A stretch of DNA of 62,925 bases, counting the filler, from Reclinomonas americana ATCC 50394 (lineage: Eukaryota): the NCBI GenBank assembly GCA_048213135.1. It is 13 parts of 13 records of this genome, joined end to end, with 100 filler letters (N's around TTAATTAATTAA, not from the genome) between each part and the next. Parts side by side here need not be neighbours in the genome. Positions count along the whole stretch, not along the records: positions 22,590 to 25,506 come from AFZH01020845.1; positions 25,607 to 28,889 come from AFZH01020846.1; positions 28,990 to 31,957 come from AFZH01020847.1; positions 32,058 to 39,584 come from AFZH01020848.1; 9 more parts are not named here. One strand, given 5' to 3'. The notes under the pieces were generated by a model. That model saw nothing but the letters and a program-made list of their open reading frames with translations. It was not told the DNA's origin and made no database searches. Shown one piece after another: positions 25,001 to 37,600 of this stretch. Numbering within the stretch: the first letter of the stretch is position 1; the number at the start of each line of letters is the position of its first letter. A program made the translations under genes and the position numbers.

Positions 25001-28000
25001 CAATGTCAGTGACAGTGGCGGCAGTGACGTCCACGACAACGCTGCTCAGCGCGACTGTGACAACTGGCGCGACGGGTGGCGTCTTCAACGTGTGCGCTCG
25101 CTACGGCGACAGCGCGCAGTACGTCTCGGTGGGCACACTCGCGGTCCTGACTGCCGGCTCTGTGTCGCCGACAATTGTCGACTCGGCAAACGCCCAACGC
25201 GTGCAAGTCACTGGCTCTGGTTTCCAGGCAGGCGCCAGCTTCTTCCTGGCGACGGCATGCGATCAGCCGCCAGTTGCGACTGTCACGCCGGTCGTTCCGT
25301 ACACCTCGACTCAAGTGCAGCTGGACGTGAATGCCGCCGGCGTGCTGGGTGGCACCTACTCGATCTGCGCTCAGTGGACAAGCGGTGCTACTCCAGTGTC
25401 CCTGGCGAGTCTGGATGTGGCGTCCATTGCGCCGGTGTCCTTCGCCATTGGTGCTACTGCGGCCGCATCGCTGCAAGTGCAGGGCGCCAACTTGCCGACC
25501 GCCAGTNNNNNNNNNNNNNNNNNNNNNNNNNNNNNNNNNNNNNNNNNNNNTTAATTAATTAANNNNNNNNNNNNNNNNNNNNNNNNNNNNNNNNNNNNNN
25601 NNNNNNAGTGACAAGCCTGTCGCCGAGTCAGGTGTTGCCGTCGGCCAGCACGATTCTCACGGTCGCCGGCGCCGGTTTCCCCTCGGGCTCGTCGCTGGCG
25701 TTCAGCATTGGCACGAGTTGCAGTGCCGCGTCTGTCAGCGCCTCGCTGCAGTCGTCGACATCGACGCAGGCAGTGGTCAGTGCCAACACCACCGGTGTGA
25801 CACCTAGTGCGTTGCAGTTCTGCGCATCCTTCGATGCAAGCATGGCGGCAACGCAAGTGGCCACGCTGAACATTGTGTCGATCGGCTCGGTGACCGCCAC
25901 TGTTGCCGCCAATCCGGGCCAGATTATTACGCTGCCGGGTCAGAACCTGAGCAGTCCGCTGACGCTGGCTTTGATTTCCGGCTCCTCGTGCACAGTGCCG
26001 CTCAGTGGCGTGCTCGTGCCGAACTCGAGCATCACCCAGTCGATTCAGAGCGGTGGCGCCAGCGATGTGCTGACCATGAACACCACTGGAGTTGCGTCGT
26101 CTGGCGCCTCTCCCTACACTCTGTGCGCCAGCATTGATGGCGGCGCTTCGTACCTGACGGCCGGTGCCATTACGGTCAATGCTGTGTCTGTGAGCAGCGT
26201 GTTGCCGTACATTATTCCGCGCAGCACAGCTGCTGGCGCGCAGCCGGTGACTCTTACGGGCGTCAATCTGCTGCGAGTGAACGGATTGTATGGCTTTGCG
26301 CTTCCTGGTCAGTGCGGTACCTTCTCGCAGTGGCTGTCGACCAAGATGCCGACGTCGGTGACGGGTGCTGCATCTGGCACGTTCACATCGGTGACGCTGA
26401 GTGTGAACTTCAACTCTGCGGCACCGTTCTCTGGTGGCTACGTCAATCTGTGCTTCCGCCCGACGACGTCGTCGACCACGGGCTTCCGTGTTGATCCGTT
26501 GGCCAATGGTGTTTTGGTCACGGCTGTGGACTCGGTGATTCCGACCACGATTGCTGGATCGGCTGTGGGCTCGGTGATCACCATGGTGGGCACCGGCTTC
26601 TTCCAGCCTCTCCCGATGACTGGCGGCCAGACGCAACCATTCATGATCAGTGTGGGCTCGTGCACTACCCCGGATACCACCTCGATTCTGTACACGTACA
26701 TTGATTTCAACACGGCGACGCTGACGGTGAACACCACGGCGTTGTCGCTGGGTGCTGCCGGCAACATTTGTGCTCGTCCCATTACGGCGAATAACGCCAA
26801 CATCAAGATCGGCATCACCGTCGACATTGCGACGATTAGCGGCCTCAGCATGACCGCTCTGATTGCCAACTCGTCGCAGACAGTGACACTGACTGGCCTG
26901 GCGCTGTCGCGCGCCGCAATCGATGTGGTGCTGGCCACTGCCGTGGACAACTCAACAAAGACATGCGTCGGTTCGAGCATCATCTCCACTGTCACGTCGG
27001 TGACGCAGTCGACGCGCACGACCACGACCGCAGTGGTGACGCTGACTGCATTGCCGTCGATGCCGGCGGTCACTGGCGCATTTGTGTGCTTCCGCTTCAA
27101 CACCAACGCCGGCAACCCGTACGGTTATGGCACGGCGCCCACCATGAATCTGGTCTCCATCCAGTCGGTGACACCGTCGTCGGTGACTCTCGGTTCCTCT
27201 GCCAGCGGCGCGATTGTCGGCGCCTCCATGCCTTCAATTGGCATCACGGATGCCGTCATTATATCGGCCAATTGCTCGACTGCCACCAAGGTGACTGGTG
27301 TGACGGTGACTCTTGGTTCCACGTCGTCCACCAACATTCCGTTGACGGTGACGGCGGCGTCGGACGCGGTGGGTGGTGTCTACTCTGTCTGCTTGCGCTT
27401 CTCTACTGCGGCGACGTACGCCACAATTGGCAGCATCAGCGTCGTGCAAGTGACGGGCACCTCACCGAATGGCGTCGGTGTGCCCAGCGGTGGTGGCGCG
27501 TCGGTCGGCCTCTTGCAGTCGCCGTGGGCGCTGCAGCGCAGGTCACCGCAGTCGGTGCTGGTTACGCAGTCGACCTCCACGGTGTACGTGTACGGTCGCG
27601 GTTTGTCGCTGCTGGACGCTCAGAGCTCGTCTGTGGTGCTCACCAGCAACTGCGACTCGTCGTCGAGCGATGTGTCCCCGATCCCGGTCTCCGGAACCAG
27701 CGTTGCCGTGCGAGTCCACCCGACCGCCGTCGAGCTGTCGGTCACCGTGTCGTCTTCGTCGCCAGCCGGCGTCTACGCTGTGTGCGCACGCTTCTCTGGC
27801 GACGTGGTCTACCGTCACATTGACGACTTGCACCTCATTAGCCCCGCCACGCCGACCTTGTCGCCGATGCACGCTGGTTCCTCGGTGGCGCTGCAGGTCT
27901 CTGGCGCCGGCTTTGTGCAGTCGGCCTCGCTGATGGTGGCGGCGTCGGACTGTGGCGTACCACTGTCGTCTGCTCCGCAGGCGCTGGCGGGTGTCACTGT

Positions 28001-31000
28001 CAAGGTGACGGCCGTGAGCGATTCTCGTATTGATGCGTCTGTCGTGTCCGCTCGTGCTGTGGCCGGTGGAACGTACCCGCTGTGTGCTCGCTGGGGCGAC
28101 GACTCGTCGCTGGCCACCTTTGACAGGATCGGTCAAATCTCCATTGGTTTGTTGTTGCTGTTGTTGTTGTTGTCATAATCCAGTGTTTGTCGCTTGCATG
28201 TAAGGCTCACTTTTTTTGGTTGGTGTGTTTGTGCAGTGTCGGTGAAGCGCGTGTCTCCGCGCGCCGTCATCACATCGTCGAGTGTGGTGGTGTCAGTGGA
28301 AGGAGCTGGATTGCCGGCATCGGGAGCGCTCTTTGCCGTGGCCACGGATTGCGTGGCAGCTAACGGCGCGTCGCTCACTGGTGTTTCGGTGGACCAGGTG
28401 GCGTCTGTCTCGGCCAGCAACCTGACGCTGCGCGTGAGCACGACGTCAGCGGCGGTGGCCGGTACATACACTTTGTGCGCCTCGTGGGCCGCCAATGGCA
28501 CTTGGAAGAGCGTCGCTGACTTCCGCATTGGTGAGTATCTATTCTTCACCCCTCCACCCTAGAGAGTGTCTTGGACATGTCTTCTCATCTCTTGTCTTCT
28601 CTTTTGGGGGGTACAGTGCGCGTGGATTCCTTGTCTCCGACGGTGCTTCATGCCACGTCGGCGACTAGCGCCACAAGCACCGTGTCGGTGATTGGTGCCG
28701 GCTTCCATGTGGATGCCACGGATGTTTCGTCGATCAAGTTGGCTACCTCGTGCTCCTCGTCGGCCGCCGCCTTTGTGTCGTCTCGCGTCATCACTGCTAC
28801 TCCGACTGCGTTGACCTTTGCCGTGTCGGCACAACCCGGCGCGCTGTTGAGCACTCTGTCGGTGTGCCTTCGAGTGGACGTGGCCTCCGNNNNNNNNNNN
28901 NNNNNNNNNNNNNNNNNNNNNNNNNNNNNNNNNTTAATTAATTAANNNNNNNNNNNNNNNNNNNNNNNNNNNNNNNNNNNNNNNNNNNNCCGCCTGGATG
29001 CTGTCCACTGGTGCCTCGTGCAGCATTGGCGGCCGCGTGGCAGGTGCCTCTATTACGGTGGTCGGCCCCTCGACCAACGCACAGCTGCCACTCTCTGTGG
29101 CCGTGCCTGTGGGCGGACGCTTCCGTTTGTGTGCGGCTCTCGTCTCTGGCGCACCGTGGTACGATCTCGGTGATCTGACGCTGGCACGTGTGGCGCAAGT
29201 GTCGCCCTACGTTGTTTCGCTCGACTCCACCGCTAGCGATGTGGCGGTGAGCGTGACTGTGGAAGGCCTGCCGGACACGATGCCGGTCGACACGTTCATG
29301 GTGGCACCGACCTCGACTTGCTCGGTGGCCGCTCGCATTGGCACGACCACTGCGGCGGTGCTTTCGTCGTCGTCCGTGGGCTTGACGCTGACTCTTGGCG
29401 GCAGTTCGGGTATCACAGCTGGTGCATACCGCTTGTGCGCTCGCTCCGCGTGGGGTGCCAACAGCTTTATCGATGTGTCGCCACTGCATGTGGTCTCGTT
29501 TGGCGGTGTGACTCCGTCGGCCGCCGTTGTTGGTGCCACTGTGAGCACACCGGTGCTGGTGAATGCGGTCGGCTTGCCGATTGCCGATCCCACCCTCCTC
29601 TCCGAGTCGTCTGCGGTGGTTTTGGCTGTCGACTGCACCGTTCCGTCTCGCCTGTCGCCGACTGTGTACAGCGGCGTGTCGATTTCGGCCACGGTGACCT
29701 CCACCACCGCCCTGTCGGTGATGGTGCAGGCGAGCGCGCAGGCGTTGCCGCGTCAGCTCAGCATGTGTGTGCGGTGAGTACGGGTTGCGATAGGTGGACT
29801 TAGAGAGTGAGAGAGTGAGACAGAATATGCGCGTATTTGTTGCTACAAGAAAATTTTCTCACCATTTTTTGGTTGATTGCAGATTCCGCAAGACGGAGCA
29901 GTACATGAAGATTGGAGCCTTCACCATGGTCTCGTTCGGCGCTGTGTCGCCGACGGCAGTGACTGTCGGTGTTGTGCAGCGCATTCGCGTGCGCGGCTCG
30001 GCCATTATCAACGTGGATGCTGACGGCAGTGCCTATGTGCTGTCGACGGCCGCCACATGCGCCACGCCGACAATTGTCAGCTCGGCCTCGATTGTGAGCA
30101 CCACCCTGAGTGACTCTCAAGTCGAACTGGCAGTCAATCCGTCCGCTACGCTGACGCCTGGCGCGTACCACGTGTGCGTGCGATTTGCCGTGGCGGCCTC
30201 GGTGACGTACAGTCGCGTGGGCTCGCTCTATGTGGCCGTTTTCGACCAGGTGCTGCCACGCGCCATTCCTGCTGGCATGACGACCACGCACTCCATTACG
30301 TTGAGTGCGCGCGGTGTTCCGTCGGGAGCCACGTTTGCGCTGGCTCCGTCGTGCTCAGCCACGGTGGCCGCTGTGTCTCGCACGTCGGTGACGAGCACGC
30401 ATCTCGGCGTCTCGACGGGCTACCAGCTGTCGCTGAGCGTGACCGCACCGGTCAGTGGCGCATACAAGTTGTGCGTGCGCTACAGTGGCGACGCGTGGGC
30501 CGACGTGAGCACAGCCGCCTCGCTGAATGTGGCGGCCGTCACCAGCGTGTTGCCGCGCGTGGTGACGTCGGCGGCGGTGGCCCTGTCGCAGACGGTGATC
30601 GTGACCGGCACTCAGCTGGTGGATACCCCGGCATCGGCCGACGCTGTGGCCTACATTCTCGCTCGCACCTCATCGTGCTCGTCCCCGGTGGACCAGGTCA
30701 CCATTTCCAGCACGCTCTCGAATGCCACCACAGTGACCCTGTCGGTGACTGTGGGCGCGCAAGTGACGCCTGGCCCCTACTTCCTGTGCCATCGCTTCTC
30801 TTCGACGTCCATCCGCTACGTGGCCGGCTCTCTGAGCGTCGCGGCGGTGACCTCGCGTGTGTCAACACCGGCCGTAATTACCGCTGGTCACACTGATGTG
30901 ACCGTGCGTCTCCTTGGTGCCGGTTTCGATGTGTTTGACAGCAACACGGCCGTGCGCGTTAGTGCTGCAGGCACCTCGTGTGTCGCGGCGCTGCCGACCG

Positions 31001-34000
31001 TCTCCGTCACTCGCGCCTTTGTGGTGGCCAGCGATTTGTTGCGTGTTTTTGCCCGCTTGCTTTTCTGATTTTTGAATCTTTCGTCTCACGCATGGAACTT
31101 TTTGCTGCAGGGGCACACTGAGTGTGCGCATGTCGGTTGGCGTGTCGACAACAGCTGGTCTGGTCGACATTTGCGTCCAGTGGCCGTCGTCGGCGTCGTT
31201 TGTCGCCATGGCCTCGGCAACGATTGGTGCGTGCGCGCGCGGTGTTGCCGGTGTCAAAGCCAGTCACTCACTCACTCACTCACTCCCCTGTACAGTTCGC
31301 TTCACGGACATTTCGCCGGTCGCATTCCCGCAGAACGACCACCACCGTGTGGTCCGCGTCGGTGGCTTGTTCTTCCCATCATCGCTCTCGCCGCAGATGG
31401 TGGTCGGCCGCTCGTGCGCCGACACTACTACCCACTTGAGCACGTCGGTATCGGTCACATTCCTCAGCGCCACCGCCATGAGCGTCAACATTTCGTCGAC
31501 GAGCATGGACGCCGGCGCGTGGGACGTGTGCGTGCGCTGGAGCTCGGACACTACGTACACTCGTGCGGCAAGTGTGTCGCTGATTGCCATGCCGACCAGT
31601 ATTGGTGTGTCCACCTCCCGTCTACACTAGCTTGACTGAGTCTGACAATGTTCCTTGATTGTGTTTGTGTCCCCAGCTGCCGGCACGTCTGTGATGGTGC
31701 CGGCCGCTGTGGTGCTGGGTGCCCGGGAGACGATTACGGTGCGCGGCAGCGGCTTCCGCCCGTTCAGCGATGTGTCGACTCCGGCAGTGTCGATTGCGGA
31801 CCGCGCGGTGCATGCCGCCGCCGCCGCTTCGTCGCCGATTGTGGTGTCCGCCGACTGTGCTCCGGCCGACAACTCCACGCCGGCCGCCGTTCCGGGAGCC
31901 AGTGTGCAGCTGACGTCGGTGTCGGGCGACACAATTGTGTTCTCGCTCGACTCCTCCNNNNNNNNNNNNNNNNNNNNNNNNNNNNNNNNNNNNNNNNNNN
32001 NTTAATTAATTAANNNNNNNNNNNNNNNNNNNNNNNNNNNNNNNNNNNNNNNNNNNNTGCCAACAACCTCGGCATCTACCTGCTGTGTCTGCGCATGTCG
32101 CCTTCTCTCCCGTACCGCACCGCAGCCACTATTCGCTTCGGTGCGTCTTCCGACAGCAATTGTTGTTCTCGTCGAACGTGCACACACTCAAATGTCCAAT
32201 GATTTCCGTTTTTTTGTCGTACAGCCGGTGTGTCGTCCGTGTCACCTCAGGGCGCTCACCTTGCCGAATCGGCCGTGCTTGCTGTGCGTGGCGTCGGCTT
32301 TGCATCGAACGACAGCGACGCGTATGCTTGGATTGCCGCGCGCGATTGCTCGACGCCTGTCGCGTTGCCGGGCATTTCGCTCAGCACGCAGTATGTGGGA
32401 TCCAAGTTGCGTTTTCTGTTCATGTGTGTCTTGCTTTTCGCGTGCCCTTGTTGGTGCTAACATGGTGCGCTGCGTGCAGTGACATTCTCGTCACCATGTC
32501 GACGACATCGGCGGCGCCCTCTGGTCACTTCCGTGCTTGCGTGCGCTGGTCACCACAAGGCCCGTACGCGGATGTGGGTCGCATTGCTGTTGGTATGTTT
32601 TTTCCTCCAATTTTTATGTATCCATGTTGATTGATGTTCTCATTCGTGGTTCCTGCTGTGTAGTGTCGCCGTCCTCGGTGACACCGTCGAATGTGGCAGC
32701 TGGCGCCACCACTCAGCTGCACATTGCCGGCTCTGGTCTTCTCCCTGTTGATTCCGACTCGGCTGCCGTCATCCTTTCCAGCGACGCGTCCTGCGCCACT
32801 CCAGTGGCTGGTGTGTCGGCCACAACCACGTACGAGAGCGACACGTCCATGTCGGCGTCGGTGACAGTGCCGTCTTCGGTGGCCGCTGGCTCCTACTCCA
32901 TGTGCTCGCGCTTGTCGTCGACCAGCAATTACCGCGTGTACAGCGCGCTCACTGTTGGTTGCGTACTTTAGTGTTCCTGGTTTCGTAATCATGCTCGTGT
33001 TCTCACGCGTGGTCTGTCTCGCGCAGCCTCATCGTCGACTCCTTCGACGCCGTCGTCTGGCTCACGCACCGGTCTGATTGTGGGCCTGACGGTCGGTTTG
33101 ACCGTGGGTGCGGCGCTCGCCGTGCTGCTGATCTGGTTGGTCATTGCGCGCCGCCGTCGTACGGGAGCCGCTGAGGTTTGTCGCCTGTGCACAATTCATC
33201 CTGTTGTCAAGATGCTGACCGTCATTGATGCCCCCCCCACGTGCAGCGTGTGCATTCGCCGTCTTCCGGCACCGCCACGCCGGTCTCCACGCAGGCTGTT
33301 GCGTCTTTGTGTTTGCGCCCTCATCTGTTTCTCGCTCGCTCACTCGATTGGCACCGCAGTCGTGGGTGGTGTCGCCGAACGACTTGCACCTGCGTCTGAC
33401 GGAGTTGCAGATGATGGTGAGCGGGTGGTGCGACCTCAAGTGTGCTTGCATCTATCGATATTCACGTGTGTGTGCATGCAGTCGAACAACGGTACCGAGG
33501 TGCAGACGGAGAACCCGCTGCAACGCCGCTTGCGTGGTGGTGTGTTTGCCAGTGAGCCGGCATCTCGCTCCGACTCGCCGACGCAACGCAATATGGTATG
33601 CGTGCGTGTGTCACATTGCGCAGCATGCAGTGTCATATTTGTGAGTCTCATTTTCTCTCTCTCTCTCTTTGTGCGTTTTCCAGCCGCTTCTGCCGCCGCT
33701 GCCAACTGCTCTGCCTGTGAACTTCTCACCATCGTCGTCTGGCGCGGTTCGTACATTGCACACACACGTTCGACTCTGTCGCGCTGGTCACTCACCTGTG
33801 CATTTATTCATTCCATCAGAGCACTCCAATTCGTCACGCGCCCACTGCGTTGTCGCCTTCGTCGCACGCCTCGATGGTGAGTAGTTGCAGCGAGAGAATA
33901 GTGCGTGTTGTTGCTGCTTAAGTGTTGACTTGCGTGTGCTCTCAGTCACCATCGGGTGCACCGTTCATTCCGCGCGGCCGCACTCCGCACATGATTGACG

Positions 34001-34326
34001 TGGCGGATTCGATGATGGCTGGCATGCTGCCGGCGACACCGACAGTTGCGCTTCCTTGGCTTTTTTTTCTTTAAAGTCTCTGTCCATGCATGTTCTCACA
34101 ATGAGAGCAGTCACCGAGCGGACCGCTTCTTGCGCGCACGCCGTCGTCTCCGGCGACTCCATCCAGTGCGGAAATCCCGATTGCCGCACCTGGATCGGCT
34201 TTCAATCGTCAGCTGGTACGTGCGGTAGACAAACAACCATGTTTTTTGGCAAGTTGTGCGTGCACTCACTGTTCGACTTGCTGCTCCGCAGTCGCCGCTT
34301 CCGGAGGCTCCTCGTGCTCCACTCCG
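7099..34326 (+). CDS. Giant type-I membrane protein (~8,000 aa visible): signal peptide, NHL-repeat head, ~60-65 Cys-containing IPT/TIG-like repeats, 2 lectin-like domains, TM helix, Pro/Ser-rich tail
   Basis: Signal peptide MAMARTSSLALLSLFLLLVVVVAVTVAG. NHL motifs VFAGVAGKAGLVDG..ATFSQ and TVAGTGAPGTVDGPASTAQFNQPAGMAYD. A repeated ~105-aa unit V-T-S-V-S-P..G-x-G-F/L..C..G-x-Y-x-L-C-x-R-W/F occurs in ORFs 9210-33000 on the same strand across 7 gaps. TM GLIVGLTVGLTVGAALAVLLIWLVIA-RRRR at ~33071-33160. Continuity across the gaps is inferred and the final exon/stop is not resolved. Confidence 0.8.
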
Positions 34327-34642
34327 TGAGTCCCGCATCTGAGCTTCCTCCCCCATTTTTCAAGTTTTTCGTTTCCTCTCTTAATCCCAGTCTCTTGTAC
34401 TGGGTGTTTGTGCGTTTATGTGTTTTGCAATCTCCATTCGAGAGCACCTGTTGCTGTGTTGGATCTCTGTCTCGCGGTGTTTGTTTTTTTTGTGTTTTTG
34501 CTTTCCTCGCTGCCTCTGTGCACCCGACTGACTATTTCTCGTCCGCCCACGAGACGCCAGTCGCATGTGCGCGCGTGCATACGCAGGAGACAAAAGTGAG
34601 ACAGAGAGGAGTGAATGAGAAAATATTTGGTGCTAATTGTTG

Positions 34643-37600
34643 TTATTTCGATGGGAAGACAAGAAGGGGTACGTGAGGACTCGAGTCGGAGCGAGGTGAG
34701 CGTGCCGGTGGCGTTGCGTGCTTGGGAGGAGACGGTCGCTGCGCGGCACTGAGAATGCCCGGGCTCCATCCACTGCGCTCACGCTCCGCCGTCAGTATTC
34801 GCATCACGTGCTCAATCACTTCTTGTCGACTGCCGACCGTGAAGTCCTGTGCGACAGCACATGTCAGACGGCGGAGTGGCGAAGGAACGAGCGCGCAGGG
34901 CGCCTAACCATGTGGCCAATCTCCGGAAAGATTTTGCAATCAATGAGCTCGGGGTGGTGTCGCGCCATTTCAGCCGCCTGCTCCCGAACATCGTCGGCCA
35001 TGATGATCTGATCTCGTTCACCGCCGATAAAATGCACTGGGATGTCAATCTACGCGCGCGCGCGCACAGACACACATGCGTGAGAAGAAGACAACAACAG
35101 TACTCGTAAACAGCCACTGCACACCTTGCTATACGCGTCAAAGTAGGCGCGCGGTCGGTCGGTGCCATAGCGCAACCGATTGCCCTTTTTCCGATAGTCG
35201 TACGCCTGGAACCTGCCAGACTCGCACAATTGCGAAAAGTGCGCAAACAACCGACTCGACATGCCCTTGAGTCCGTGCATCAGGAAGTCGTTGATGAACG
35301 AAAACGGATTCGTCTTGACACTGCCGCCAGTGACCAGAGTGCTGATGATGAACGAGAAGCAGTCGGAGGCGGCTGGATTGTGTCGAATGTCTTGGTGGAG
35401 GCGAGCCAAAAGAATGCGCAGCGAGTCGGGAATGTGCAAGTCGGAGCGGAAGGGTGCCATCAGCAGACCGACGACCTTGAAGAGGAGCCACACAAACTTG
35501 GTGCGCTGGGTGACCGACAGCAACACAAAGGAAGTCGGTAAGCAGCATGGTTTGGAGGTGGCAGGATACGACACGGTTTCGCACCTTGCGGTGGAGGCCA
35601 GCTGGCGACAGCAGCGTCATGCAAGACAAGTGGTGTGGCTGACCTTGCCGCAGCGCCTCGGCAACGTACACAAGCATCGCAGCACCACCCATCTGCAGGG
35701 AAGGATTAGTGAGTGAGTGTGACAGGCATCGATAAATCACACCACGAACCGAATGCGCCACCGCAGTGATGTCAATGTCCATGCTCGACAGGCAACACCC
35801 GGGGTCGGGCGACAAGCGGCGCGGTGTTGTATCAGGCATCACGTGCTCTGCGCGCAAACATCGAGTGAGCGAAGAGATTGGAGTGTCTGCGTGCACGAGT
35901 CACGTCACCGACGGGATATGAGGGGGATGGCACTGGCGACACGGGCGATCGCACCAGGCCAATGTCTTTGGGCCGACCACTCCCGCCTCCCCGTCGACGG
36001 GAGCGAGAGGAGTGCGGTGAGATGAGTGTGGGTGTCAGCGGGCGCGGCAAGTCGGACTGTGGCGACGGCCGAGCGGCCGGCACACGATTCGGCGACAATC
36101 CCTTCAACCCGGCGGCAGCCGTCTCTCCCAGAACACCACCGCGGCCACTCGCCGGTCGCGTCACACCACGTGGGCTGGACACTGCAGAGTTGGAGGCACT
36201 TCCTGCAGGTCGATGCAGAGGGCATGTGTTGGCGTGGCCGTAGCGCTCGCACAACTCACGCGACTTGATCTGTTGTTGTGCGCAGCTGGTGAGTGAGGGC
36301 TTGTGCACGACACGCGCATTGACACACTCACCGCGCGAATACTGTCAACAATGGCGCGCACGTCACACGTGCCGAGTTCGTCGAGAGAAAAGTTCCAAAA
36401 ATCCGCCGCCCGCACCGCCTCGCCCAGCACGTGCTCACTCGCCGGCTGTCCATGCACTCCCCTGGATACGTTAAAAGAAAAAGAGACGAAGCCGCTAGGC
36501 TGAGTCTCTTGTCTTCCAGAGTTGAGATAATCAGACCATGGTACTCACCGAAAGTTGCCAAGAAACACATCAAAGCCGGCATCGTGAGCGCGGAAAGCCA
36601 GCGCCCCAACTGCGTCATGAGAGGAAACAATCAGTTTGCGGAGGAACAACATTCTCGAGGATGCGACGTACTGAGGCCTGACGGTGCACAGGGGCAAACA
36701 AATTGAGAAGAGTGCATGCAGTATAGGGGATGCAGAAGGGCGGCAAACCGTTGGCGATCCACGCGTACGACGAGTCGAGAACGCCGTGCTGGAAATACAC
36801 GGCACGAGTGGAGCGCCGATGCGGGATGCGCTCGAGGGTCAGCAAGTACCCGTCCTCGGTCTCGATCTCGAAACTCTCGTACGGATATCCTGTTGCACAA
36901 CAACAAACAGTGCGCTCAGCGGGGGAAAGAGAGACGACGCTGTGATGACTGCCACGTAGTATATGCCGCACCTTCTGACTCCACGATCTCGCGGTTGGAG
37001 CGATTGTCTGCCATTGCATGTTCAAGTCAGTTGTTATCGCCATAGCGCACAGAGTATCCATGTCGACGCACCTAGCGTGTTGGGCGAGAGGAGCTGCGCG
37101 GGACGAAAACGCAGCAGCGCCTCCCACAGTTCACGAAACGCCATGACCAGTCGCAGGCGCACAATATACTTTAACGCGCGCGACCAGGCGTCGATGAGCA
37201 GCTGCGAGTTGACGAAAATGTCCTCCAGCAAGCCGGTGTTGACGTGCTCTCGCCAGTGCATGCGGTCGTATGTGGTGTGTGTCGAGATCTGAAACACGCC
37301 TGATCATCCACCGACTGTCAGCAAACAGATAGAGAAAAAAGACGAATCGCCGAGGCGGGGGAGGAATGCACCACTCTCCGAGCGTCGCATCTGCCGCTCC
37401 TGGCGGTACTTGGGGCCACGGAACAGGCGCAAGAAGCCGACCCACAGTCGAACAAAGCGGTAGACAAAAAGCACGGGTGCCAGCAGCCAGGAGAGCAGCC
37501 GAGCAGCAAATGCATACACCTGACTGCGCAGGCGGGCCAGGCGACTGCGCGGAGGTGGTGGTGGTGGTGGTGGTGGTGGGAGAGGCGGCGACATCGGAGC

